Positions 19,802-28,587 of a stretch of DNA of 45,498 nucleotides are shown here, in pieces. The notes below the pieces were generated by a model. That model was not told where the DNA came from. It made no database searches and saw only the letters and a program-made list of their open reading frames with translations. The position numbers and the translations under genes are program-made. This stretch comes from a phage: NCBI GenBank assembly GCA_016693855.1, contig GCA_016693855.1_4844.1. The stretch is one strand, 5' to 3'. Positions within the stretch are counted from its first letter, which is position 1. Each line of letters opens with the position of its first letter.

Positions 19802-21369
19802 CGAATAAGTTCAGGATTGACATACACATTACTGTCAACAACGCATACCATATTCATGGCCTCAAGCTTTGGAAGTAACTGCTCTTTTATTTTCTTCGAA
19901 ATTCCGCCTTGCGCCCTGAATGGCTTAACTTTCCTTGCTTTTTCAAGTACTCTTGACATGCTTACGTAACCCTTAGATTGTCTTGCCAGCTCTATCGTTA
20001 TTTCTGATAGTTTTTTCAGCTCGACTTCCTCACCAGCAGACCCGGATGATGTTGTTGCTGCAACATATGATTCAATTAACTCGCCAAAAATAGCGAGCGC
20101 CTCTTCCGCTGTCTCAGCAGAAATGACCTTTGATTTCTTTTCTCGACCGTCAGGTGAAAACCAATTGCGTATTACGTGAAGTACTGATGCAATCCTTACA
20201 ACCTGCTTATCCATCTTCCCGATCATACCCCTTAGCATTGAATGCCCATAAAGACCGCCATCAGCCATGTGTGGCTCTGCCTGTTGTCTTGCTGAATAAA
20301 TTGCCATTATCGCCTCATGCTCAAGAGACAGAACAACCTTTTCTTCAGTCATAATGTTGTGAATGAGTCTGTAGTATTGAGACATCAACTCTTTATCAAT
20401 TGGTGTATATGCTGGCGTTCCATCGTCATTTATGAACACGCGCTGACCAAGCATTGATTTTTCACGAAGCAGAAGGAATCGCTCACTAACACCATTAGAC
20501 CTTTCACCAACCTGCATGATTGAAAGCACGGTTTCATCCTGAGCTATAACATTTATGCACCCGTTTGCAACAAATGAAAGGTTATTTGAACCGTTAGCTC
20601 GCGCTGAAGAAACGTATTCCATATCCCACGCCTTAAGAACTGTCTCGCAGCTTGCTGTGGAATTGGCATTTGAGTAAGTAAGACCAAGCAATGTATTAAC
20701 AGCGGTAGCCTCAGCAGAAATAACGGCAAATGACCCCTGTAGAGCGTTAAGCCTGCTCAATCCTTCAGGTGTTGAGTCTGTCACAGGGAAAACAATATCA
20801 CCGAGTTTTTCAATCTCGCTTTCCAGTTTTTCCTTATCTTCGTACATGATAGCCAGTGCGGTTTTGTTTTGTTCTGATTTTATCTCCCTCTCAATCTCGC
20901 GCAGCTTGGCCAATTTTCTTTTTCTCTCTTTTCTTCTCACCTCATTAATTCTCTCATTCTCACAAACAAGAGGTGCTGTAGAGTATTGGTTTACGGAACT
21001 CTTCCCTGTCGATGGTGGCTGGCTAATGACAACATACAGTGATGTTGGCTGTTCACTTCCGTGATAGTTAACAAAGAATCGACCAAGCATGGCTGCTGAA
21101 ACGCTTCCTAAAAAATTCAGATATGCAGAAGAAGCTGGAAACTGTATTGATTTGGCAATGTTTCTTGATAGCTTACCTACAACATCAATATCATTACCAA
21201 TGCATACGTTAGTATATCCAGCATCGTTATCATCAAAGTCCTTTGGTGAGTGCCAGTAGTTTTGTGACGCTCCATATCCATTTGCTTCTATCGCAACACT
21301 CAACACAGACCGCTTGCTTTTTGCTGCCATCTCAACAATATCTTCTGGCATTAGCTTTTTCTCAAACAC
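19798..21369 (-). CDS. P-loop NTPase, DUF3987/SF3-helicase-like (putative replication protein)
   Basis: 523 aa; Walker A-like …LYVVISQPPSTGKSSV…; size and P-loop context resemble DUF3987/primase-associated helicase-like proteins of mobile elements; first large gene downstream of the iteron region. Family assignment from memory, unverified. Confidence 0.45.
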   Translation of the reverse strand: MFEKKLMPEDIVEMAAKSKRSVLSVAIEANGYGASQNYWHSPKDFDDNDAGYTNVCIGNDIDVVGKLSRNIAKSIQFPASSAYLNFLGSVSAAMLGRFFVNYHGSEQPTSLYVVISQPPSTGKSSVNQYSTAPLVCENERINEVRRKERKRKLAKLREIEREIKSEQNKTALAIMYEDKEKLESEIEKLGDIVFPVTDSTPEGLSRLNALQGSFAVISAEATAVNTLLGLTYSNANSTASCETVLKAWDMEYVSSARANGSNNLSFVANGCINVIAQDETVLSIMQVGERSNGVSERFLLLREKSMLGQRVFINDDGTPAYTPIDKELMSQYYRLIHNIMTEEKVVLSLEHEAIMAIYSARQQAEPHMADGGLYGHSMLRGMIGKMDKQVVRIASVLHVIRNWFSPDGREKKSKVISAETAEEALAIFGELIESYVAATTSSGSAGEEVELKKLSEITIELARQSKGYVSMSRVLEKARKVKPFRAQGGISKKIKEQLLPKLEAMNMVCVVDSNVYVNPELIR

Positions 21370-21379
21370 AGAGCACTCC

Positions 21380-21601
21380 TTATTTGATGCGGGTAATTTT
21401 CAATTCGCCTTCGCGCAGGCGAGTAACAAACATTAACGAGTGATCGTTTGCTGCTTTATTCAGTGCAGCTCTCACACCTGCAACAGTCATGCTCCTTTCT
21501 GATATTTCACCTAACGTAATAACGCATTCTCCACCAACATCCACGAAGCGAACTTTATCCCATACAAATTTCATGCTTGAGCCTGCGCGGTAATCTTTCA
21601 T
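21380..21601 (-). CDS. hypothetical small protein (first gene of leftward early operon)
   Basis: 73 aa ORF immediately leftward of the iteron-rich control region; no motif recognised. Confidence 0.45.
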   Translation of the reverse strand: MKDYRAGSSMKFVWDKVRFVDVGGECVITLGEISERSMTVAGVRAALNKAANDHSLMFVTRLREGELKITRIK

Positions 21602-21793
21602 GTCAAATCCTCATTCTGGAATCTGTATATTACTATATAGAAAGCAATGGAGAACTTCAATACCGCTGCTCTTAAATCACAAAGGTAATGGATAGCACAA
21701 ATTGCTAAAATCTATGCTACCTGTTTATTCGTTTCGTGGTATATTTCAGTCATCAACACGCAAGTGCTTGACAGTTAAAAGAAAAATCAAAAA

Positions 21794-22237
21794 TCCCGCC
21801 CAAAAGCCCTGAAAAATGGGGCGAAACATTCCAGATAAAAATCAATAAGTTACAAAATCTTCGCCCATTATCGCCCAAAAGAAGGGCGAAACATTTCTAT
21901 TTAAATTCAACAACTTAAACGATTTTCGCCCATTTTTAAGTTGTGGGGGTATATATGCATTGTGTAAGAGAGAAAAATAGTAGGTATGAAATGAATGTGT
22001 ATAGGGGTATGGGCAAAATGGGCGAAATGTATGATATGAGCGAAAACGAACATAGTTAGTAAGTATGATATATAGGTATGAGTAAATATAAATAACTAAT
22101 AATATTAATAACTTACATATATATATTACTTATTATTACTTATTATCTATAAGAGAAAACCGCTCAAAAAATGAGCAAAATTTTCGCCCACAATTTAGGG
22201 CGAACATAGGGCGAAGATGGGCAAGAGTGGGCGGAAC
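21794..22237. repeat. iteron array (GGGCGAA / TTCGCCC, >10 copies) flanking an AT-rich core; candidate origin / early control region
   Basis: Direct reading: ATGGGGCGAAAC (21816), GGGCGAAAC (21884), GGGCAAAATGGGCGAAATG (22011), GGGCGAACATAGGGCGAAGATGGGCAAGAGTGGGCGGAAC (22198-22237) in forward orientation; TTCGCCCATT (21860), TCGCCCAAAA (21871), TTTTCGCCCATTTT (21924), TTTTCGCCCACAA (22181) in reverse; AT-rich segment ~22050-22160 with tandem TACTTATTAT repeat; no ORF >=60 aa in 21601-22264. Confidence 0.6.
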
Positions 22238-22268
22238 GGCAAAATCATTGCGACACCTGAAAATCACA

Positions 22269-22297
22269 TTGACGTAGAATTGTTATTGATGTAGATT
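22269..22297 (+). promoter_or_regulatory. early rightward promoter: TTGACG-N17-TAGATT built from two tandem TTGAYGTAGAWT motif copies
   Basis: TTGACGTAGAAT at 22269-22280 and TTGATGTAGATT at 22286-22297; the TTGACG of copy 1 and TAGATT of copy 2 are spaced 17 nt apart like sigma70 -35/-10 elements; ~30 nt upstream of the first rightward ORF. Confidence 0.5.
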
Positions 22298-22327
22298 GAA
22301 CTCATCGAAACAAACGAGGATGAAGAG

Positions 22328-22474
22328 ATGAAAATCAAAGACCGTGAAGAATTTGAAGATGCACAGTCTATGGCGCGCATTGCAGTTGAGCGCACAAACA
22401 ACAGCATTCCTGCAGAAGCATTCTGGAACGCAGCAATGCAGGCTTTAATCTCTGCGTATGGGTTAAGCAAATGA
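22328..22474 (+). CDS. hypothetical small protein (48 aa)
   Basis: ATG at 22328 with GAGGA upstream; below the 60-aa cutoff of the ORF track; first ORF after the promoter. A 31-aa hydrophobic ORF (22471-22566) follows with ATGA overlap. Confidence 0.3.
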   Translation: MKIKDREEFEDAQSMARIAVERTNNSIPAEAFWNAAMQALISAYGLSK

Positions 22475-22569
22475 CAGGCGCAACATTCGAACTCATCGCC
22501 AGCCTGGTTGTCGTGGCATTCATCATTATCGCAGTGGCAGTTTCAAAATCAGGGTATAAGGAGTAACAA

Positions 22570-22752
22570 ATGGCAAAGACTATCTATCGTCGCGAGAAAC
22601 TGGAGCCAGAACTCGGTCACGTTGGCGCGCAGAACTTTATGAGCAAGCAGGCACGCAATGCAATGGGATCTATCCGTGTAAATCGCGTTGTGAGAGTGTT
22701 TAATGGTGAAGGTAAGCGAAGAGTAATGGATGAGCTGATTATTGTGTTCTGA
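22570..22752 (+). CDS. hypothetical protein
   Basis: 60 aa ORF with AGGAG RBS upstream; part of the rightward early operon. Confidence 0.4.
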   Translation: MAKTIYRREKLEPELGHVGAQNFMSKQARNAMGSIRVNRVVRVFNGEGKRRVMDELIIVF

Positions 22753-22788
22753 CATCGATTCAGGTGGCTTATTTTAAATGGTGATGAC

Positions 22789-23022
22789 ATGGCAAAAGTG
22801 AAAACATACGAGTTCTGGTTTGTGAAGAACGCAATGTATGCAAGAAGGACAATCAGGCTAGTACGATGGTGGAACAAGTGGCTAATCCTGTCAGGCTGCA
22901 TTGTGCTGGCAAAGTGCAAATTCAAAGCGATTGACATCACAGATGAAGATGCACTCAAAATCGCAAAGATTGAGTTTGAAGAAGATGGCTATTACGAAGA
23001 AATTATGGGGGTTAGGGTATGA
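22789..23022 (+). CDS. hypothetical protein
   Basis: 77 aa ORF in the early operon; no motif recognised. Confidence 0.4.
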   Translation: MAKVKTYEFWFVKNAMYARRTIRLVRWWNKWLILSGCIVLAKCKFKAIDITDEDALKIAKIEFEEDGYYEEIMGVRV

Positions 23023-23489
23023 GTGAAGTTAAAACATATGAAGTAAACTGCAACGACGCGTGGCTTAATACAGCTGGCGATGACATCTCTGGCTCATATG
23101 TTAAGTATGCTGATTACATGGCTCTTGCAACAAAACTCGATTTAGCCGAACGTGCTTGCGCGGAGCTGGCGGCGGAGAATGTGGGGCTAAAGACGATATG
23201 TGATGACCGTCGCAGGTTCATCATGAATGGGGTGCAGATGGGTTATATCAAGGTTCCAGCAGCGGAAACAGATCCAGACCTTGAGACAATTCGCATTGCT
23301 ATATCACCACAAAAGCCCATTCCAGCCACAGATGCTTTCCTGGATGAAGTACGTGCGCAGGGCGTGGATATGGCTCGTAACGCGATGATTGATTTTGTCG
23401 ATGGTGAAGTTGGGCCAAACAAGAACGTTCCGGGGCTGATTAGAGGCGCAGAGATATGCGTAAGTATTGCTGAACAGCTTCGCAAATGA
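23019..23489 (+). CDS. hypothetical protein
   Basis: 156 aa ORF, overlapping stops/starts with neighbours (ATGA). Confidence 0.5.
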   Translation: MSEVKTYEVNCNDAWLNTAGDDISGSYVKYADYMALATKLDLAERACAELAAENVGLKTICDDRRRFIMNGVQMGYIKVPAAETDPDLETIRIAISPQKPIPATDAFLDEVRAQGVDMARNAMIDFVDGEVGPNKNVPGLIRGAEICVSIAEQLRK

Positions 23490-23800
23490 GGATGGCAAAA
23501 ATGACAATCACAAAACAACGAGTAGAAAAAATCATATATCGCCATGAAATGGGACTGAGCAGCGATGTCACTGCCGAAGAGGTTTATGCCCTGGCTGTAC
23601 TGGCACTGAATTTATCAAATATCGCAAACCTGAGGCGATATGAGCTTGATATGAGTGGTTGTGACTCATTCGGTCAGGATTGTGGTGATGATATGACTGA
23701 AGACCCTGATGGCGAATTTGTCATGTTCGAAGATGTTGTTAATCTGGTTCAGTTTGACACCACCAACCAGCAATTCGAAAGCCTGGCTAAAAGTGAATAG
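23486..23800 (+). CDS. hypothetical protein
   Basis: 104 aa ORF, coupled to upstream gene. Confidence 0.5.
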   Translation: MRMAKMTITKQRVEKIIYRHEMGLSSDVTAEEVYALAVLALNLSNIANLRRYELDMSGCDSFGQDCGDDMTEDPDGEFVMFEDVVNLVQFDTTNQQFESLAKSE

Positions 23801-23963
23801 CTACACGTTCATATTAATTATCAGTGCGCTCTATGTGGCGCACGCTTTAGTGGATATGCATCTATGACCAGAAACAAACGACGCCGATACACTACTGGCG
23901 CTAAAATCTTCCTTGCTGTTTATGTTCTGGCGCTGGTGACAGCTATCGCAGGAGTTTTGCATT

Positions 23964-24284
23964 ATGTTTAATCAATTAGCTGACTTTTATGAAGCATATT
24001 CCAACTGGATTGATGCTGGAGCGCCAGAAGGCGAGCCATTTAGTCGTCGTAGCGGGCTTTGCGGTTCTTTATGCCTGCACCTTACAAGCAAGGGTTGCAA
24101 ATTCCCGGTAAGAGATATGGCGTTACAGTTAATGAAATCGCAATTCATTAAGGCCGGACTCAGCCGTGATTACCCGTTTAATAACGCAGATAACTCATAC
24201 TATGTGGAATGTCTTAACGGAACAATTCACACCAACAAGAATCGCATAGCATGGGTTAAAAAGGAGTGGCAGCATTATGTTTAA
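23964..24284 (+). CDS. hypothetical protein
   Basis: 106 aa ORF; Cys-rich (…CGSLCLHLTSKGCKF…). Confidence 0.5.
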   Translation: MFNQLADFYEAYSNWIDAGAPEGEPFSRRSGLCGSLCLHLTSKGCKFPVRDMALQLMKSQFIKAGLSRDYPFNNADNSYYVECLNGTIHTNKNRIAWVKKEWQHYV

Positions 24285-24593
24285 CGATATTAGCGACGCA
24301 ATGCAAAACATGTGGGAGCGCTATTGGGACAGCATGAAGACATGTCACTACATGATGGTGCAGATAGGCAATTACATTGAGGTTATTCCTGATAATGGTG
24401 TGCATGATATTAAATACATGTGCTCAACTAGGGCTTTCTCTAATGCAGACAACTAAACAGAAAGTTTGGGGAGTTGCTAAGGAGGAAAACTTAGACCAGT
24501 TCATTGCAGCAGTTGCAAAAACATTCCCCGAAGCAATTGAGATTGTCCACATTCAGTCGCCACGCAACGATGTGTGGTGTTGGAGTAATAAAA

Positions 24594-25082
24594 ATGACGA
24601 AAGAAAGAGATTGGAATGAGGTCTTTGAATATATAGATGGGCGCTTAATTTGGAAGATCAAACCTTGCAATAACGTAAAAGAATACTCACCAGCTGGGTC
24701 AACGCGAAACGATGGCTACCTGCATGTTGGTTTTATGAAAAAACTACATATGGTTCATAGAATTATATGGGAAATGCATAACGGAAAAATACCAGATGGG
24801 ATGGAGATTGACCATGTAAACCATAACAAAATGGACAACAGAATTGAGAATTTGCGGCTTGTTCGGCACGGAAGCAACCAAAGGAATAAATCTAAACAGG
24901 GGAATAACACTAGTGGTGTGACTGGTGTAACATGGAGCAGAAGGGATAAAAAGTGGATTGCGCAGATAATGGTTGAAAGAAAAAACATCCATCTTGGATA
25001 CTTCAGTGACTTCAACTCCGCAGTGGCGGCAAGGAAAAATGCGGAAAAAGAGCATCGCTTTCACAAGAACCATGGTATATAA
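24594..25082 (+). CDS. HNH homing endonuclease with AP2-like domain
   Basis: …HRIIWEMHNGKIPDGMEIDHVNHNKMDNRIENLRLV… HNH motif; …SGVTGVTWSRRDKKWIAQI…LGYFSDFNSAVAARKNAE… AP2-type domain; close paralog of the ORF at 28588-29064. Confidence 0.85.
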   Translation: MTKERDWNEVFEYIDGRLIWKIKPCNNVKEYSPAGSTRNDGYLHVGFMKKLHMVHRIIWEMHNGKIPDGMEIDHVNHNKMDNRIENLRLVRHGSNQRNKSKQGNNTSGVTGVTWSRRDKKWIAQIMVERKNIHLGYFSDFNSAVAARKNAEKEHRFHKNHGI

Positions 25083-25123
25083 TCGCATGTAATGCAACTT
25101 TCCTCATATCATCACCCAACCTT

Positions 25124-25152
25124 TAACCCGCCTTGTGCGGGTTCTTTTTTAT
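25124..25152 (+). terminator. intrinsic terminator
   Basis: AACCCGCcttgtGCGGGTTcttttttatc after the HNH gene. Confidence 0.8.
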
Positions 25153-25197
25153 CTGTGTTAAACTAAAGATATCGAAATACGAAAAGACGAAAACAGA

Positions 25198-25644
25198 ATG
25201 GCTAATCCAAACCCTGTCATGAAATTTTCCTCTGAGTACCAGCCTGCTGGCAGAGGATTAAGCTACAGAAACAGGCTTATTGAAGCATTAAAGCGATGCG
25301 GGCTTGGCGAGGAGGAATTCCTTGACGCATTCATCAGGACGTCAATCAGGATGACTGAGGAAAACCCGACTCAGGGTGTGCAAATGCTGAAGGAAATATT
25401 CCTGCGCATCAGCCCTGTGCAAAAAAGTATGGCACCTCCGGTTAATTTTAAATACCGCAAAGATGCCACGCCAGTAGAGCAGATAGAGGACGTCATTCAA
25501 TCTGTCTCCAGTGGCGAGCTTCCAATTGATGTTGCGTCTCAGGTTGTGTCTATGATTAAGGTTGGTCTTGACGTGAAAGAATTAACCGAACTCGCCGCGC
25601 GCCTTGAGCGACTAGAGAAATTACTGGAGCAGCAGAATGCGTGA
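25198..25644 (+). CDS. terminase small subunit (putative, by position)
   Basis: 148 aa ORF directly upstream of the terminase large subunit gene; no confident motif. Confidence 0.35.
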   Translation: MANPNPVMKFSSEYQPAGRGLSYRNRLIEALKRCGLGEEEFLDAFIRTSIRMTEENPTQGVQMLKEIFLRISPVQKSMAPPVNFKYRKDATPVEQIEDVIQSVSSGELPIDVASQVVSMIKVGLDVKELTELAARLERLEKLLEQQNA

Positions 25645-25781
25645 TTTCATCTTCTTTATGTGCGGAATGATATTTCAGACAATGCTTTTTGCTGGTGGCC
25701 TCGCTGATAACCACGCACTACTGGCGCTGGCGTTTATTTTTTGTTTCTCCTGCATGATGTATTCGCAATTCAGGAGTCGAT

Positions 25782-27206
25782 ATGGCTCGTAAACGCCTCT
25801 CCGCGCTGGCAATTGAAAAGCTGGAGGCGCAGATTGATGATGCAATGACAGATGTTGCAGAGTCCGCTATCTTTGGCATCTGCGACATGCAGAAGAACGT
25901 CATCAAGCGGCTAAGGATGACCGCTACTGGCGTTGATGACGTGACTAATGCAACCACCCATGCCGACCACCTTATTCCGGCAAAACTGGAGCGACTTCTT
26001 TATCCGAAGCGTTTCAAGTTTGTCTACGGTGGTCGTGGGTCAGGCAAGACGAGAACGATTATCACTATCCTTACAGAGCGAGCAAGGTTTCGCCCTGACC
26101 GCTTTGCCTGTTTTCGTGAGATTCAGCAATCCATTGAAGACTCAAGCTACCAGGAATTGTGCGACGAAATAGCGCGCAAGGGCGAATCGGCAGAGTTTCG
26201 CGTTATCAACAACGAGATAACGCACAAGAAGACCAAAGCTAAATTCCGCTTCAAAGGGCTGTATCGCAACCAGACTACAGTTAAGGGTTTCGCTGGAATT
26301 ACCGTTGGCTGGGTAGAGGAGGCAGAGAACGTCAGCCAGACAAGCTGGGATATTCTTGTGCCTACCATCCGTGCTGCCAATTCCGAGCTGTGGTGCTCAT
26401 TCAACCCCAACAAGGAAACAGACCCGACGTGGAAAAACTGGATTGCTCCATATCACTCGCAGATGGTCGATGGAATATTCGAAAATGATGAAATTCTGAT
26501 TGTCGAATGTAACTATTCAGACAACCCGTGGTTCTGGGATACGCCGTTGCCATCCGCTATGGAGCAAATGAAGCGAACTGATTACGACCGTTATCGCTGG
26601 ATTTGGATGGGAGCCTTTAATAAGCGTAGCGATGAGCAGGTCTTCGGCGGCAAATGGCGCATTGATAACTTCGAGGTCAAACCTGAATGGCATGGCCCAT
26701 ACTTCGGGATGGACTTCGGGTTTTCCACCGATCCAACCGCAATGGTTGAGGTTTATATCGAAGAATTACCAGGTGGGCGGCGCAATATTTATATTAATCG
26801 CGAGTACGGCAAGGTTGGGCTTGAGATTACCGATACGCCAGCCGCGATGGAGCAATCATTCCCAATGGCTAAGCGCGCGCGATGGTATGCGGACTGCGCG
26901 CGACCAGAAACCATCAGCCACATCAAGCGCTCGGGGTTTGACATTCATCCATGCACAAAATGGCCCGGAAGCGTAGAGGACGGCGTAACGTGGCTTCGTG
27001 GTTGCGACAGCATCATTATTCACGAACGATGCAAGGAGATGCAGAATGAGGCGGCAATGTACAGCTACAAAGTCGATAAGCTGACAGGGAATGTGCTGAC
27101 TGATATTGTCGATGCGTACAACCACTACTGGGATGCGGTTCGCTACGCACTAAATGACCACATCGTTCAGCGCGGTATCGGAATGCTAATCCGGCGCAGG
27201 CGATAA
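25782..27206 (+). CDS. terminase large subunit
   Basis: 474 aa; Walker A …KFVYGGRGSGKTRT…, followed by ATPase and C-terminal nuclease-sized region; typical size and motif order for phage TerL. Confidence 0.9.
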   Translation: MARKRLSALAIEKLEAQIDDAMTDVAESAIFGICDMQKNVIKRLRMTATGVDDVTNATTHADHLIPAKLERLLYPKRFKFVYGGRGSGKTRTIITILTERARFRPDRFACFREIQQSIEDSSYQELCDEIARKGESAEFRVINNEITHKKTKAKFRFKGLYRNQTTVKGFAGITVGWVEEAENVSQTSWDILVPTIRAANSELWCSFNPNKETDPTWKNWIAPYHSQMVDGIFENDEILIVECNYSDNPWFWDTPLPSAMEQMKRTDYDRYRWIWMGAFNKRSDEQVFGGKWRIDNFEVKPEWHGPYFGMDFGFSTDPTAMVEVYIEELPGGRRNIYINREYGKVGLEITDTPAAMEQSFPMAKRARWYADCARPETISHIKRSGFDIHPCTKWPGSVEDGVTWLRGCDSIIIHERCKEMQNEAAMYSYKVDKLTGNVLTDIVDAYNHYWDAVRYALNDHIVQRGIGMLIRRRR

Positions 27207-27223
27207 ATCCGCACCACCACACT

Positions 27224-27262
27224 TGACCAATCTACACCGAGCGCATAGTATAATCTACATCA
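27224..27262 (+). promoter_or_regulatory. promoter: TTGACC-N(16-19)-TAGTATAAT overlapping two AATCTACA(C/T)C motif copies
   Basis: TTGACC 27224-27229, AATCTACACC 27229-27238, TATAAT 27249-27254, AATCTACATCA 27252-27262; ~20 nt upstream of ATG 27283. Confidence 0.5.
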
Positions 27263-27282
27263 GGCTTACCGGAGATATCACT

Positions 27283-27489
27283 ATGCGCAGCTATGCAGGA
27301 TTTACACAGGAGGAAAAAGAGCAGGTTTACTCACTGGCGCGGGCTGGTGTGCCAGACGAGGTGATTTGCCGTCGGTATGACATCGACGAGGACTTCCTGT
27401 TGCGCGTTCTGGATGATGTCTTCGTTAACCTGCAAGAGAAGCGTGGATATAAGGGTATCTGCTGCAAGAATGATTTTTTGAGAGGGTGA
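27283..27489 (+). CDS. hypothetical protein
   Basis: 68 aa from ATG 27283 (GGAG 9 nt upstream); the longer track ORF from 27223 would start inside the promoter. Confidence 0.4.
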   Translation: MRSYAGFTQEEKEQVYSLARAGVPDEVICRRYDIDEDFLLRVLDDVFVNLQEKRGYKGICCKNDFLRG

Positions 27490-27490
27490 T

Positions 27491-27898
27491 ATGTTTAATA
27501 ATAAACTAAAGAAAATAATCCGCGATGCTGCGGATAAGAAATACACCAAAAAGATTGACATCTCATTCATTGACGGCGCTGGCCTGTACAATCATGCTTG
27601 CCATCTGAATGCAGTAAACCGTGCTCGGGATGGTGGTTCGTGCGCAGTGGTTGAGGTGGTTATGATTAATGATGATAGCGGAACAGCACATTACATCAAC
27701 ATGCAGGCGGACGGCTCTTATGTTGATTACACACTTGGCTGGCACTGGTCTGGTGCTGATTATCGCTTTGTGCGATTCGTTCCGTTTACTGAATGGCCTG
27801 ATATTACAGGTTCGCTGAGCAGGCTGAAAGCTGAGTTATGTAAACCTGTGAATAAATGGCAAAGGTTGTTGATGATAACTGATGGTGAACTTTGTTGA
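27491..27898 (+). CDS. hypothetical protein
   Basis: 135 aa ORF between terminase and portal genes. Confidence 0.5.
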   Translation: MFNNKLKKIIRDAADKKYTKKIDISFIDGAGLYNHACHLNAVNRARDGGSCAVVEVVMINDDSGTAHYINMQADGSYVDYTLGWHWSGADYRFVRFVPFTEWPDITGSLSRLKAELCKPVNKWQRLLMITDGELC

Positions 27899-28065
27899 GG
27901 TGATATGATGATTATTGAAAAAACAAATGAATGCCACAGTCTGTATATAAATACAGAACGAGTAATCAACTTAAGGCAGTGTGACGACTGGGTTCAGCTT
28001 GACAAACACCAAGCCGCGCAACTAATCGAAGTCCTGCAACTCTGGATTGATGGTGAGGAGATTGA

Positions 28066-28275
28066 GTGATGAGCGTTTATTTTTACTGCGGACACATTGA
28101 GCGACAAGGAAGCGTGGCAAGCGTCGGTAGCTTCTGCGGATTGTCTATTGGCGCTGATGCAGTTAGCGCATACGAAGATGCCATGAGAGCACAGGTGAAA
28201 GAAATTCAGTCAATCACTGAAAGTGGCGCTTTTAATCTTTCTGTTATTTTTGATAAATTCGAAAAGGTGGAGTGA
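28066..28275 (+). CDS. hypothetical protein
   Basis: 69 aa ORF, coupled to flanking small ORFs (27905-28069 54 aa; 28272-28466 64 aa). Confidence 0.35.
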   Translation: MMSVYFYCGHIERQGSVASVGSFCGLSIGADAVSAYEDAMRAQVKEIQSITESGAFNLSVIFDKFEKVE

Positions 28276-28466
28276 TGACAAGAAAGGAGGTCCACGAATA
28301 TGCTATTGCAGCCAGGAAGCGCGTCGAAGATGTGTGGAAGAATCATGGATTGCGCAGCAATAGAGCTAAATTGGTGGCACGATGCCATCAAGTCGTAAGT
28401 GGTGACAGGATTGAGTGTTACGCGTTTAATCAGTGGATGAAGTCTGGCGTTGTGAATAAGGAATAA
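28272..28466 (+). CDS. hypothetical protein
   Basis: 64 aa ORF, ATGA overlap with previous. Confidence 0.35.
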   Translation: MMTRKEVHEYAIAARKRVEDVWKNHGLRSNRAKLVARCHQVVSGDRIECYAFNQWMKSGVVNKE

Positions 28467-28587
28467 TGGTGAAGAATTGAAGTAAATCCGCTAAAATAAA
28501 CATTGCGGATAGGAAGGCCATCCGACAAGTGCGTTAGTCAGCGCATTTCCGCAATCCCACACTGACTCCTGATGACGAGGGTAAATC

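Noticed and set aside
21794-22237. CRISPR array as an explanation for the GGGCGAA repeats
   Set aside because: Repeat units are only 7-12 bp, occur in both orientations with irregular spacing and no uniform spacers; no cas genes. Iterons or operators fit better.
22264-22470. 68-aa minus-strand ORF in the track at the start of the rightward early operon
   Set aside because: The plus strand here has two short ORFs with proper RBS immediately downstream of a TTGACG-N17-TAGATT promoter; the minus-strand ORF would run into the promoter and has no RBS.
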